Under the pieces are notes generated by a model. That model was not told the origin of the DNA and did not search any database. It was given only the letters and a program-made list of their open reading frames with translations. Shown here in pieces: positions 44,132 through 54,078 of a stretch of DNA of 64,000 nt. The stretch lies in the NCBI GenBank assembly GCA_964570675.1, contig CAZMZS010000001.1:3770-67769 (forward strand), given 5' to 3'. The translations under genes were made by a program, and so were the position numbers. Every line of letters starts with the position of its first letter. Position 1 is the stretch's first letter. Source of the stretch: an uncultured Roseovarius sp. GTDB taxonomy: Bacteria > Pseudomonadota > Alphaproteobacteria > Rhodobacterales > Rhodobacteraceae.

Positions 44132-45850
44132 TCAGAGCCTGATATCAATGCGATCCGCAGCGATCCCCAGCGCCGTGGGCGCAGGGGCCGCCGCAACGGT
44201 GGGCGGGGGCGAATCCTCGGGGTGGGCCGCGCGATCCGGCGTGCCGGTACCGCCCGGTTGCCCGGGGTTGCGTCCGAAGGCGAATTCGGCGCTGCCCAAG
44301 CCGAGATGGCGGAAATCCTGCGCCAGCATGTCGGCATGGCGGCGCATCAGTTCAAGCGTTTCGGGTCGTTCGGCGATCACGGTGACGCTGATCGCGCCAT
44401 CGCCGGGTGTCATGCTGATGCGGACGCGGCCAAGTTCGGCCGGGTTCAGCGTCAGTTCGATGGCCTGTTCGCCGCCGCCGGCAGTCGCGCCGGCCGCGCC
44501 GCCGCCAGCACCGCCCAGGGCGCCCGCAAAGGGGATGGCCCGCTGCACGGCGGCACCGATCTGCGTGGCGACCTGGCGCGGCAGGTCGGGGTGATGCAGG
44601 ATTTCGACGCTGGCACGCAGCGACGCCACGCCATCGCCAGCTAGGCGCATATCGCCGTTCTGCCCCATGTCAGAGACGAATCTCAATGGTTCGACCATCG
44701 GGTCGTTTTGCACGGGCTTTATGGCGGGAAGGGGGAAAGCGGGCGCAGACGCGGGCGCGGCAGGGGCATGCGAGGGCGGCAAGGCATCAATGGATCGCGG
44801 GGCCTGCCGGGGTGCGGACCTTGGCGTTTCGCTACGCGCCGGGGGGGTGATGGCAGGATCGATTGGCGCGCCGGGAACTGACGTCGGCGCGGGCGGAACC
44901 GTCACAGGATCGCGCGGGATTGCGCGGGTATCGGGCGCAACCTGCGACTGTAGCAGAGACTGCGCGTGCGGCAGCGGTTGCGCCTGTGACGGAGGCTCTG
45001 CCTGCGGCTTGGGCATGGTTTGCGCGCTTGGAGCGGGGGGCGCGGATGCGGGCCGGTCCCCATCCGTCACGCCATGAGCGCCCTTCAGGAGCGGTTGTGC
45101 GGACTCGGGCTCTGCCGCGTTGTGGGGAGCGCGCGCGGCCTTGGTGCTCAGGTGGGCTGCGGTGTTTGTGCCTGATGGGACAGCGCGCTGAAATGCCACC
45201 ATCGGGGCCGCGGCGCGCTCGGGCATCGTTGCGGAAGGCGTCAAGGGATCGGGCGGCACGCTGACGCGAGCGCCGGTATCAGAGGCCGCTGGTGGCATGG
45301 GCGACAGCGACGGCGCAGGCATCGTGCCGTCCGCTTGTGCAGTGCCCCTGGTTCGGGCAAGGCGCGATACCGGCTGCTGCATGGGTTCGGGCGTGTCGCG
45401 CCCCTGCCCGCGCGGCGCGGCGTGCGCGACCCTATGCGTCGGGATAGGTGCGCCCTGGATGGGTTCGGGGCCGGCTTGCGCCGGCTCCGGAACGCTATCG
45501 GGCACAGGTTCAGTGCCGGGAAGCGGCGCAGGCTCCTGAGCGACCTGGGGCCAGCGCCCGGCTTGCGGGACGCCTTCGGGTTCGCTCTTCATATCGCGCG
45601 CAGGCGCATCATCGGAGATCATCTCGTCGGGATGCGGCTCATCCGAGGGTGTAGCATCCGAGGGCAGTGCATCGGCTATATCCTCCGGCTCCGCCAGAGA
45701 TGGGCCGCCCTTGCGCGTGGTTTCCAGCGCTTCGAACACCGCCTGAAAGCCGGGCACAGGCGCGCCACCGGGCACAATACTGCCCTCAATGGGCAGCCGA
45801 AGGGTCATTTCGGGCGTCAAAGGCGGCGCGCCCATCTGAACAAACATCAT
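44132..45850 (-). CDS. fliK: Flagellar hook-length control protein FliK
   Basis: Long Pro/Ala-rich region; C-terminal T3S4 domain IELTLNPAELGRVRI..AERPETLELMRRH; ends IDIRL. Confidence 0.88.
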   Translation of the reverse strand: MMFVQMGAPPLTPEMTLRLPIEGSIVPGGAPVPGFQAVFEALETTRKGGPSLAEPEDIADALPSDATPSDEPHPDEMISDDAPARDMKSEPEGVPQAGRWPQVAQEPAPLPGTEPVPDSVPEPAQAGPEPIQGAPIPTHRVAHAAPRGQGRDTPEPMQQPVSRLARTRGTAQADGTMPAPSLSPMPPAASDTGARVSVPPDPLTPSATMPERAAAPMVAFQRAVPSGTNTAAHLSTKAARAPHNAAEPESAQPLLKGAHGVTDGDRPASAPPAPSAQTMPKPQAEPPSQAQPLPHAQSLLQSQVAPDTRAIPRDPVTVPPAPTSVPGAPIDPAITPPARSETPRSAPRQAPRSIDALPPSHAPAAPASAPAFPLPAIKPVQNDPMVEPLRFVSDMGQNGDMRLAGDGVASLRASVEILHHPDLPRQVATQIGAAVQRAIPFAGALGGAGGGAAGATAGGGEQAIELTLNPAELGRVRISMTPGDGAISVTVIAERPETLELMRRHADMLAQDFRHLGLGSAEFAFGRNPGQPGGTGTPDRAAHPEDSPPPTVAAAPAPTALGIAADRIDIRL

Positions 45851-45899
45851 CGGCTTCTCCGGCGATCATTCCAATATTCAGCAAGGTCGCAGATGCCGG

Positions 45900-45914
45900 T
45901 TACTACTTCTTTAC
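45900..45914. promoter_or_regulatory. Degenerate CtrA-like box in the fliK/flgJ divergent region
   Basis: TTAC-N7-TTAC versus the TTAA-N7-TTAA consensus. Confidence 0.4.
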
Positions 45915-45962
45915 CCAAATGCCGTGAAATGAGGATGTGTATCTTCAATTCGAGGTGAAACA

Positions 45963-46253
45963 GTGACGGATTCTTTACCAATCGGCCCATACGATGCCCC
46001 CCGGCACACCCCTTTGGCGCCATCGGCGGCGCGCGAAGTGGCAGAGCGGCTGGAGGCGAGTTTTCTGGCCGAAATGCTGAAATCCGCGGGTTTCGGCGAG
46101 CAGACGAACAGTTTTTCGGGCGGCCCGGGCGAGGATCAGTTCGCGTCGTTTCACCGGCAGGCCATCGCCGAACGGATGGCGGCAAACGGCGGAATCGGCC
46201 TGGCCGAGAGCTTCTATCGCGCAATGACGGAGACCCATGATGACGCAGGATGA
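45963..46253 (+). CDS. flgJ: Rod-binding protein (short FlgJ-like)
   Basis: LEASFLAEMLKSAG, GEDQFASF, GGIGLAE. Confidence 0.85.
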   Translation: MTDSLPIGPYDAPRHTPLAPSAAREVAERLEASFLAEMLKSAGFGEQTNSFSGGPGEDQFASFHRQAIAERMAANGGIGLAESFYRAMTETHDDAG

Positions 46254-46599
46254 CATGCAGACCCTGATCGACCGGCTGGACAAGCTGCTTGAAACCGAGC
46301 GCACCGCGCTGCTGGCGGGCGACCTGGAAACCATCGGCACCTTGCTTGCGCAAAAGGAGCGGCTGATTGACAGGTTCAATGCGCTCGAGGGCGCGCGCGA
46401 GCCCGATCTTGCCGGCCTTCAACAGAAGGTGCAGCGCAACCAGGTGCTGCTGGATGGCGCGCTTGAGGGCATTCGCCGGGTTGCGAACCGGATGGCGGCG
46501 ATCCGGCAGGTAAGGCGCTCGCTTGCCACATATGACGAGACCGGCAAACGGCGCACGATTGATGGAACGATGGCGCATAACATCGAAAAGCGGGCGTAA
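46237..46599 (+). CDS. flgN: FlgN-like flagellar export chaperone
   Basis: Helical protein LLETERTALLAGDL...RNQVLL...TYDETG; follows flgJ. Confidence 0.8.
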   Translation: MMTQDDMQTLIDRLDKLLETERTALLAGDLETIGTLLAQKERLIDRFNALEGAREPDLAGLQQKVQRNQVLLDGALEGIRRVANRMAAIRQVRRSLATYDETGKRRTIDGTMAHNIEKRA

Positions 46600-46638
46600 G
46601 CTATTTGTCTCTAATTCAGCCCAACTCGTCCGTCGGGC

Positions 46639-46813
46639 TTAGGATACGATTAGCATTTGGAGACGATGCTGGGCAGGCATTCGAAAGCGGATGGCGCGGG
46701 GCGGTGTGACACACCGGCACCCGCAAGCGCCAGAACGGGGCCTGTGCCGCCTTTTGAAGGGGCGGATATTGAAACCGGTGCAAAAGCACCAAAGGCTAAA
46801 GGAACATGCTATG
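46639..46813 (+). promoter_or_regulatory. Presumed orphan flagellin promoter, structured leader, RBS and start codon
   Basis: TTAG-N7-TTAG at 46639-46653; hairpins at 46747-46765 and 46777-46790; TAAAGGAA at 46797-46804; ATG at 46811. This is the position expected for flagellin after flgN. Confidence 0.55.
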
Positions 46814-46908
46814 GCGACCTTCCAGGCACCACCATGGTGGCCCCCGCCGGCAACGATCTTCTTCCTTTTGATGATAACTGGCGCGGCGTTTTCGCCCGGC
46901 GCGCTCAT
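46813..46908 (-). pseudogene. motB: motB 5' stub (32 codons)
   Basis: MSAPGENAAPVIIKRKKIVAGGGHHGGAWKVA. Homology stops just before the expected YADF TM motif. Confidence 0.88.
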
Positions 46909-47090
46909 CCTACCACCTTTCAACTCACCCAACGGACGGTATAGCAGGTAAGAGATTACCGAACCTTTGACGTTTAAAGTTGAAACGATAGAGTCCGGCG
47001 CGGTTGAAGATGGTCATTATTCACTTGCGCATGCTCTTCGGGCCGGGCTAGCACGTAAGCGCCTGCCAGGCTGATCCAGGGACATTTAAC

Positions 47091-47891
47091 TTGCCAGACC
47101 AAAGGACTTCCTTCCTGCAATGGCTGCGGCGCATTCTGCGCCGCGTTCTGGATGGCTGGAGAAACACAAGGTATGCGCCGCGCGGAATCGACGAATTCGA
47201 ATTCGGCGGCCCGAGCGTTCATGAAGATATACACCGGAAATACGGTTATGATGGCGATCTTCTGAAGATATATTCGCAGCATTCGGGGCATCTGGTTCAC
47301 AAATGGCACCACTACATCCCGATCTATGACCGCTATTTCACACCCTTCCGAGGCCGCGCGCCACGGCTGCTGGAAATCGGTGTGTCGAAGGGCGGCTCTC
47401 TTGCGATCTGGCGCAAGTTCCTTGGGCCGGACGCGACCATCTACGGGATCGACATCGACGAGGACTGCCTCCAGTTTGACGGTATCGACGGCCAGGTGCG
47501 CATCGGTTCGCAGGACGACCCGGCATTTCTCAGATCGGTGATCAAGGAGATGGGCGGCGTCGATATCATCATCGATGACGGCAGCCATCGCATGGACGAT
47601 GTCAAAGCCTCGCTTGAAACCCTGTTTCCGCTTCTCAACAACAATGGCATCTATCTGATCGAGGATCTTCACACGGCCTATTGGACAGGTTTCGGCGGTG
47701 GCCTCCGGACGGCGTCGAATTTCTTTACCTATATCCGTGGCCTCGTGGACGACATGCACCATTGGTATCACGAAGAGGACATGCAGCATCCCGAGATCGC
47801 CGGATCCTGCGCCGCAATCCACATTTACGATTCGATCGTCGTGCTGGAGAAATCGAAACAGCATCCGCCGGTGCATTCGACCGTTTCCTGA
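47091..47891 (+). CDS. Class I SAM-dependent methyltransferase (putative sugar/small-molecule O-methyltransferase)
   Basis: HKWHHY, LLEIGVSKGGS, YGIDID, IIDDGSH, YLIEDL. TTG start uncertain. Confidence 0.85.
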   Translation: MPDQRTSFLQWLRRILRRVLDGWRNTRYAPRGIDEFEFGGPSVHEDIHRKYGYDGDLLKIYSQHSGHLVHKWHHYIPIYDRYFTPFRGRAPRLLEIGVSKGGSLAIWRKFLGPDATIYGIDIDEDCLQFDGIDGQVRIGSQDDPAFLRSVIKEMGGVDIIIDDGSHRMDDVKASLETLFPLLNNNGIYLIEDLHTAYWTGFGGGLRTASNFFTYIRGLVDDMHHWYHEEDMQHPEIAGSCAAIHIYDSIVVLEKSKQHPPVHSTVS

Positions 47892-47944
47892 TCAATGCTG
47901 CACGATCACGACGCGCGCCTAATCACATCTCCTGAAAAAGGCCG

Positions 47945-48020
47945 TGGTGCCGGTGATAGGACTCGAACCTACGACCCCATCATTACGAATGACGTGCTCT
48001 ACCAGCTGAGCTACACCGGC
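47945..48020 (-). tRNA. tRNA-Thr(CGT)
   Basis: GCCGGTGTAGCTCAGCTGGTAGAGCACGTCATTCGTAATGATGGGGTCGTAGGTTCGAGTCCTATCACCGGCACCA; cloverleaf, CGT anticodon, encoded CCA. Confidence 0.97.
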
Positions 48021-48065
48021 CCCGTGACGCGGCCCTATAGCACCGCCCCACGCGGGGGGGAAGAG

Positions 48066-49568
48066 CTATTTTTCAGATGATTCCCGGCCGGGATCAATGT
48101 CGCTTTGCGCGACTGGCGCCGCGTCCACAATGTCATCGTCCTGGCCGTCATCGGTCTCCTCCATGTCGTCTTCATCGCGGCGATCCTCGAGCGCGCCAAC
48201 GATCAGCGGCAGCATCTCGATCCCGGTGGAAGTGGACATGGCCGTTGACGGCGGGCTGGTCCAGGACAGCGTATCGAAGGAATGACAGTTCTCGCAGGCA
48301 GGCACCCATTCGGCGTGAATGTGATGGCAGTTCTCGCAGACCCATTGCGGGCCGCGCGGTGCCGAAAGGGCACGCGCCAGCCATCCCTTGACCACGGCGT
48401 CCGACGAGCCTTCGCCACGCTCGACCGCTGCCATGATGGTCAGAACGCGTGCGTCCGGATCGTTCTCGACCATGTCGCCCAGCGCGCGGCGGGCCCCTGG
48501 GAAATCCTCGGCGGCGAGGTGTAGCTCGGCCTCAAGCAGGCGGGTTTCACGGTGATCCGGTTGCAGCTTGAGCAGTTTTCCAAAGCGCTTCAGTCGCTGC
48601 TCGGGGTTTTCATCGGGCTCGAGTTCGGCAAAGACCGCGGCAAGGTCGGGATGCGGCTGGGCCTCCCATGCCTTCTTGATGACCCGGATCGCGTGGCGCT
48701 TGGCGCCCTGATCGATATAGCCGCGCGCGGCCATGACGGCCGCCGGGATCAGATCGGGCGATTGGCGGTTCGCTTCGATCGCGGCTTCGCGGGCAGCAAT
48801 GTCATTGCCCTCATCCAGCACGCCGCGGGCCTCGGACAGGGCCAGAACCGCATCGCGCCGCTTGTGCACATCGCGCGGCAAGGCACCGTATTTCAGCTTG
48901 GCCTTGAGGGTTTCGCGCGCGCCTTTCCAGTCTTCCTGCTGTGCCTGGAGCTGCAGAAGTGTATCCTGAACCTCCTGGTGTCTGGGCTTGAGCGAAAAGG
49001 CCGTCTGAGCCAGCCGCAGGGCGGTTTCGGTATCCCCGGCCGAGAGCTTCTGCTTCATAAGCCCGCGCACCCCGACAAACCGTGTGCGGTCGTCCTTGAG
49101 AAGCTTCTTGTAGACCTCCTCGGCGCGCTTGCCGTCACCCGCCATCTCGGCGGCCTGTGCCGTGATAAGGTTGGTCAGCTCTGGTTTGCGCAGATATTTC
49201 TCAGCCTTGTTGGCCTTGGACATGGCCTGCTCGCCTTCGCCTGATGCCAGAGCCATCAACCCATCGGTCAGAGCGCGGTAACCTTTCTCTTGACGGTTCC
49301 GGTCAAAGTACCGCGAAATCGCCGTTTCATCGCCATTGATGAATTTCAGCAAGGCGATCAGGAAAGCCGCCAATTTCAGCAGAACCCATATCGCAATCAC
49401 CAGAAGAACCAGCGCGATCACCGCCTTGAGCGGCGTCAGGTTGAACTCCTGACCCGCCATGACGATCCGGACACCGCCTTCCATCTCGAGCAGATGGGCT
49501 GCTCCGAAGGTCGCGCCCGCAACCAGGGCGATAAAAACAACAATCTTGATGATCGACCACAGCATCAT
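48066..49568 (-). CDS. HemY_N domain/TPR membrane protein (Orf52-type)
   Basis: Two N-terminal TM helices, TPR-like helices, AQPHPDLA, CENC..CENC Zn ribbon. Confidence 0.88.
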   Translation of the reverse strand: MMLWSIIKIVVFIALVAGATFGAAHLLEMEGGVRIVMAGQEFNLTPLKAVIALVLLVIAIWVLLKLAAFLIALLKFINGDETAISRYFDRNRQEKGYRALTDGLMALASGEGEQAMSKANKAEKYLRKPELTNLITAQAAEMAGDGKRAEEVYKKLLKDDRTRFVGVRGLMKQKLSAGDTETALRLAQTAFSLKPRHQEVQDTLLQLQAQQEDWKGARETLKAKLKYGALPRDVHKRRDAVLALSEARGVLDEGNDIAAREAAIEANRQSPDLIPAAVMAARGYIDQGAKRHAIRVIKKAWEAQPHPDLAAVFAELEPDENPEQRLKRFGKLLKLQPDHRETRLLEAELHLAAEDFPGARRALGDMVENDPDARVLTIMAAVERGEGSSDAVVKGWLARALSAPRGPQWVCENCHHIHAEWVPACENCHSFDTLSWTSPPSTAMSTSTGIEMLPLIVGALEDRRDEDDMEETDDGQDDDIVDAAPVAQSDIDPGRESSEK

Positions 49569-49584
49569 ACGTGCCCTTTCGGTT

Positions 49585-50904
49585 TCAATTCATGTCCTGG
49601 GCGAGCGCCTCTGCCGCGGCGACGGCCTCGAGACGGCGCTTGGCATCCTCGGACCAGTCTGCCAGCTCGGCGCGCCCCTCTTCGGGCAGTGTTTCGATCT
49701 CGGCCAGCGCGTCTTTCAGACGCCCCTCGCGCGTGGCGGCCTCGGCGCGCGACAGAACAGCGTCGGGATCATCCCCCTCGCGAGGTTCAAGCGAGCGCGC
49801 CCCAAGCTGCGTGCGCAGAAAGCTTCCAAAACCGCTGGAGTCTGCGTCGGTGACCCGGCGCGAAACGGACAGTGCCCGGCGGGCCGCGTCAGGGAAGCGG
49901 TCCTGCAGGCGGGCAAGCGAGGCGACGCCGTCTTGTGCGACCTTTGTCAGCGCCTCGGGAACGGTCACAGCTGCGGATTCCAGATCGGCCAGGGCAGCAT
50001 CAAACCCCGTTCCTGCATCCAGCGCTGTCTGAATCCGCGTGAGCGCTGCCCGCTGCATCGCGCCCCGGGCTGTCTGCTCGGCGTTCTCTTCCATCGTGCG
50101 GGCGTCCTCAACCATGCGGCTGATCTCGTCACCCTGTTGCGCAATCGACTCTCGCAATGTGTTCAGCTCGGCCGCGACATCCGAGGCAATGGCCTGCGTT
50201 GCGCCCTCGCCCGAGGGGCGGCTTTCAACCTCGCCAAGACGCGTTTCCAGCTCGTCGAGCCGGCTCATGGCCTCATTGAGGCGCTGCGAAACCGTATCTA
50301 TCGCCGCCGCCTGCCCCGCCTGCGTTTCTTCCAGCCCACCAAGGTCAGGGCCATCGCCCAACGCATCCAGGCGCCCCTGAATATCCTCGATCTGCGCCGA
50401 TTGCGCATCAAGCTGCTGGCCCAGGGCCTGATCTGCACCGTCACCCGTGATTGACGCGAAGGGCCATCCGCCTGAAACGTATTGTGCGGCGCCAAAGCCG
50501 ATCGCGGCGGCGGCGACACCGCCAAGAAGCGTCGGCATGAACCCACCCTTGTGCACGATGACCTGTTCCACCGGCACAGGTTGGGATGCCACCGGCGCAG
50601 CCTGTGCCGGGTCGTTCTGGCGCTCATCATCGGGGCTGTCGGGTTGACCAGCGTCTGCGACGGGGTCAGTTGCGTCCGCCTCAGGCGTGTCAGCCTCGCG
50701 GTCAGTCTCCTTGGGGCCCGGCGTCTCGCTGTCTGTCAGCTGATCGCTGTCATCATCAGTGTCGCCTGTATCAGTGTCGGCTGTGGAACCTGACTGCGTC
50801 TTCTCTGCGGACTCAGTAACCTCCGGATCGGTCGCGGGATCGGTAACATCTTCCGACTTACGTTCGGAATCCGACTTGTCTTTGGAGCTCTTCCTGTCAG
50901 CCAC
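49585..50904 (-). CDS. COG4223 mitofilin-domain membrane protein (alphaproteobacterial Mic60 homolog)
   Basis: Acidic N-terminus, one TM helix, coiled coil, C-terminal ARSLEPREGDDPDAVLSRAEAA; lies between hemD and the hemY-like gene. Confidence 0.82.
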   Translation of the reverse strand: MADRKSSKDKSDSERKSEDVTDPATDPEVTESAEKTQSGSTADTDTGDTDDDSDQLTDSETPGPKETDREADTPEADATDPVADAGQPDSPDDERQNDPAQAAPVASQPVPVEQVIVHKGGFMPTLLGGVAAAAIGFGAAQYVSGGWPFASITGDGADQALGQQLDAQSAQIEDIQGRLDALGDGPDLGGLEETQAGQAAAIDTVSQRLNEAMSRLDELETRLGEVESRPSGEGATQAIASDVAAELNTLRESIAQQGDEISRMVEDARTMEENAEQTARGAMQRAALTRIQTALDAGTGFDAALADLESAAVTVPEALTKVAQDGVASLARLQDRFPDAARRALSVSRRVTDADSSGFGSFLRTQLGARSLEPREGDDPDAVLSRAEAATREGRLKDALAEIETLPEEGRAELADWSEDAKRRLEAVAAAEALAQDMN

Positions 50905-50952
50905 TCTCAACCACCCTTTCGAATCCTACCAGCCGGCACATACCTGACGACC

Positions 50953-51684
50953 TTACTTTGCCGTGTTTCCACCCTCAAGCCGCTTGGTCGCGTCCATTAG
51001 CTTCTTTATTGCGGCGAGCATCGCATCTGCTGAAGGCGTGTGCGCGATCTCGATTGTGGCGACGCGGTCATTCGGCACTTCGGCGGCCGCGTTCCCGCTG
51101 ATCGCGGCAACAAGAAGCGGCGCCGCGCCACATACCTCGTCAAAGAACAAGCGGGCGCTCCGCGGCGAAAAGAGCGGCACCAGAACCGGCTCGGCCCCCG
51201 CCAGAACGCTGCGGGCCTCCTGTGTAAGAGGCTGGGGAAGCTGTTCGTAGATCACGGCCTCATCAGTCTCTAAACTGGCCTTACTGAGTAGCTTGGCAAT
51301 ATCGCTTGCAGCATGCGATCCGCGCAAATGCAAGCAAGGCGGCGTAACGCTGGCGGCCTGCATATGCGTGATCAGGGTCTGTGCATCGCCGCCGCACGCG
51401 GTCACATCCATCCCGACCTCGCGAGCAGCTTGCGCCGTGGCCTCGCCGACCCCGAATGCGGGCAGATCACGGCGCCCACCCTTGGCCACATAGGCTTCGA
51501 CCCCATGTCGGGAGGTGAAGATCAGCGTCCGATACCCCGACATCTGCGGCAGCGCGCCGCAATGCTCGATCCGCATGAGCGGAGACAAAACCACGGACAC
51601 ACCCCCGCCCAGCTCCGCCTCAAGTCGCTCGGCGAAATCCGTACCCACACGACCGGGCCGGGTGATCAGGATCGTCGGCGCCAT
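50953..51684 (-). CDS. hemD: Uroporphyrinogen-III synthase
   Basis: ILITRP, LIFTSRHGV, VGEATA, LFSPRSA. Confidence 0.9.
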   Translation of the reverse strand: MAPTILITRPGRVGTDFAERLEAELGGGVSVVLSPLMRIEHCGALPQMSGYRTLIFTSRHGVEAYVAKGGRRDLPAFGVGEATAQAAREVGMDVTACGGDAQTLITHMQAASVTPPCLHLRGSHAASDIAKLLSKASLETDEAVIYEQLPQPLTQEARSVLAGAEPVLVPLFSPRSARLFFDEVCGAAPLLVAAISGNAAAEVPNDRVATIEIAHTPSADAMLAAIKKLMDATKRLEGGNTAK

Positions 51685-51755
51685 GACCTGTCCACAGTTG
51701 TTTGCATATTCATCCGGTGATACCTGCCAGTAGAGCAACACGCAACGGGCGGCCC

Positions 51756-52850
51756 ATGCGCACCAGCCTTACCATCCTCGGCCTCGAAAGCAGCTGCGAC
51801 GATACGGCAGCCGCCGTCCTGCGCCTAGACGGAGAGATGCCCTCGGTCCTGTCCTCGGTCGTTCATGGGCAGAACGATCTGCATGCCGCCTATGGCGGGA
51901 TCGTTCCCGAGATCGCCGCCCGCGCGCATGCGGAAAAACTCGATATCTGCGTGAAAGCGGCTCTGAACGAGGCGGAAACCAACCTTTCGCAGATCGACGC
52001 GGTCGCCGTCACGGCAGGGCCGGGGCTGATCGGTGGCGTGCTTTCGGGTGTTATGTGCGCCAAGGGTATCGCAGCGGGTGCTGGCTTGCCGTTGATCGGC
52101 GTGAACCACCTTGTCGGCCATGCATTGACGCCGCGCCTGACGGACGCGGTCGCCTATCCCTATCTCATGCTGCTGGTCTCGGGCGGGCATTGCCAGTTTC
52201 TGATCGTGCGCGGCTGCGAAGATTTCAGCCGTCTTGGCGGCACGATCGACGATGCGCCCGGCGAAGCCTTTGACAAGACCGCGCGGCTTCTGGGATTGGC
52301 GCAACCCGGCGGTCCCGCTGTTGAGCGCGAGGCGTTGGAGGGCGAGCCCAAGCGATTCCGCTTTCCAAGGCCGCTGCTGGACCGACCCGGCTGCGATATG
52401 TCCTTTTCCGGGCTCAAAACGGCTCTTTTGCGGGCGCGCGATAGCCTTGTGGACGCGCAAGGCGGCCTGAAACGCCAGGACCGTGCCGATCTCTGCGCCG
52501 GGTTTCAGGCCGCTGTGGCCGATGTTCTGGCCGAGAAAACCCGCCGTGCCCTTTCTATATATCTTGGCGAAGCACCTGCCGCGCCCACATTTGCCGTGGC
52601 CGGAGGGGTTGCGGCGAATGGTGCTATACGCTGGGTACTACAGGCAGCCGCCGACGCAGCGCAGACCGCATTCGTCGCGCCACCGCTGGCCCTATGCACC
52701 GATAACGCGGCGATGATCGCCTATGCGGGCGCCGAGCTTATGCGCGCGGGGCACCGCGATGACATGACACTGGCCGCTCGCCCGCGCTGGCCGCTCGACC
52801 GGTCCGGTCCGGCGCTTCTGGGCAGCGGAAAGAAAGGGGCCAAGGCATGA
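51756..52850 (+). CDS. tsaD: tRNA t6A threonylcarbamoyltransferase
   Basis: [42 protein letters not shown]. Confidence 0.97.
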   Translation: MRTSLTILGLESSCDDTAAAVLRLDGEMPSVLSSVVHGQNDLHAAYGGIVPEIAARAHAEKLDICVKAALNEAETNLSQIDAVAVTAGPGLIGGVLSGVMCAKGIAAGAGLPLIGVNHLVGHALTPRLTDAVAYPYLMLLVSGGHCQFLIVRGCEDFSRLGGTIDDAPGEAFDKTARLLGLAQPGGPAVEREALEGEPKRFRFPRPLLDRPGCDMSFSGLKTALLRARDSLVDAQGGLKRQDRADLCAGFQAAVADVLAEKTRRALSIYLGEAPAAPTFAVAGGVAANGAIRWVLQAAADAAQTAFVAPPLALCTDNAAMIAYAGAELMRAGHRDDMTLAARPRWPLDRSGPALLGSGKKGAKA

Positions 52851-53806
52851 TCACGATTCTGGGCGCAGGCGCATTTGGCACCGCCCTCGCGATATCCCTG
52901 TCGCGCAACGGTCCCGTCACGCTATGGGCACGCGACCCCGCGCATGTCGACGAGATGCGTTCCACGCGGGAGAACGCTCGCCGCCTGCCGGGTGTCGATC
53001 TGCCCGGTAATATCAAGGTTTCGGCTGAATTAGAGACGATATCCAAAGGACAGGTCGTTCTTTTGTCCATACCCATGCAGCGCCTTCGCGGCGCGCTTGA
53101 AATGCATGGGAATGCCTTGTCGCAAGGGCATCTTGTGGCCTGTTGCAAAGGGATGGAGTTGACGACCGGTCTGGGACCGACCCGGATCATTGCCGATATG
53201 CTGCCTGGCTCGACAGCGGCGATCCTGACCGGGCCATCCTTTGCCGCCGATATCGCGCGCGGATTGCCCACCGCGCTGACGCTGGCCTGCGCGGATGACA
53301 AAGTGGGCGAGTCCCTTCAGAGCGCGCTCAGCACGGCCAATCTGCGGCTCTATCGCACCACGGATACCATCGGCGCGGAACTTGGCGGCGCGCTCAAGAA
53401 CGTCATGGCCATCGGTAGCGGCGTGGTCATGGGTGCCGGGCTTGGCGAAAGCGCGCGCGCGGCGCTGATGACGCGCGGCTTTGCCGAAATGTCACGGATG
53501 GCGGCGGCCGTGGGCGCCCGGCCCGAGACATTGTCGGGCCTGTCGGGCTTTGGCGATCTTGTCCTAACCTGCACGTCGGAACAGTCCAGAAATACGCGTT
53601 TTGGGCTGAGTTTGGGACGAGACGAAAGCTTTGACCCCACCGTGACCGTGGAAGGGGCCGCCACAGCGCGCGCTGTTACGGACCGGGCTGCGGAACTCGG
53701 GATCGACATGCCCATCACCCGAGCGATCACTGGCCTTATCAATGGCGAATTGCAGGTCGATCAGGCTATGGATATGCTTTTGTCACGCCCATTGAAGGAA
53801 GAATGA
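52847..53806 (+). CDS. gpsA: NAD(P)H-dependent glycerol-3-phosphate dehydrogenase
   Basis: [34 protein letters not shown]. Confidence 0.96.
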   Translation: MITILGAGAFGTALAISLSRNGPVTLWARDPAHVDEMRSTRENARRLPGVDLPGNIKVSAELETISKGQVVLLSIPMQRLRGALEMHGNALSQGHLVACCKGMELTTGLGPTRIIADMLPGSTAAILTGPSFAADIARGLPTALTLACADDKVGESLQSALSTANLRLYRTTDTIGAELGGALKNVMAIGSGVVMGAGLGESARAALMTRGFAEMSRMAAAVGARPETLSGLSGFGDLVLTCTSEQSRNTRFGLSLGRDESFDPTVTVEGAATARAVTDRAAELGIDMPITRAITGLINGELQVDQAMDMLLSRPLKEE

Positions 53807-54075
53807 TGCTGATTGCCCTGATTGCCCGCGACAAGCCCGGCGCCCTGCAAACCCGTCTCGACAATCGCGAGGCGCATCTGGCCTATATCAAGGAAACCGG
53901 GGCTGTCGCGCAGGCCGGCCCTCTGCTGGACGATGCCGGGGCCATGGCGGGGTCGCTTGTGATCCTTGATGTCGCTGACATGGAACAGGCGCAGGAATGG
54001 GCTGCGAACGACCCTTACGCCAAGGCCGGATTGTTTGCTTCTGTCGAGCTGATCGAATGGAAAAAGGTAATCTGA
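53803..54075 (+). CDS. YciI family protein
   Basis: [28 protein letters not shown]. Confidence 0.9.
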   Translation: MMLIALIARDKPGALQTRLDNREAHLAYIKETGAVAQAGPLLDDAGAMAGSLVILDVADMEQAQEWAANDPYAKAGLFASVELIEWKKVI

Positions 54076-54078
54076 GCG

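Noticed and set aside
46639..46932. 97-aa ORF as a functional MotB
   Set aside because: Lacks the Asp-bearing TM helix and the OmpA-like domain; only 32 codons are homologous.
39100..48020. Integrative element or prophage at tRNA-Thr
   Set aside because: No integrase, phage genes or duplicated tRNA 3' end seen.
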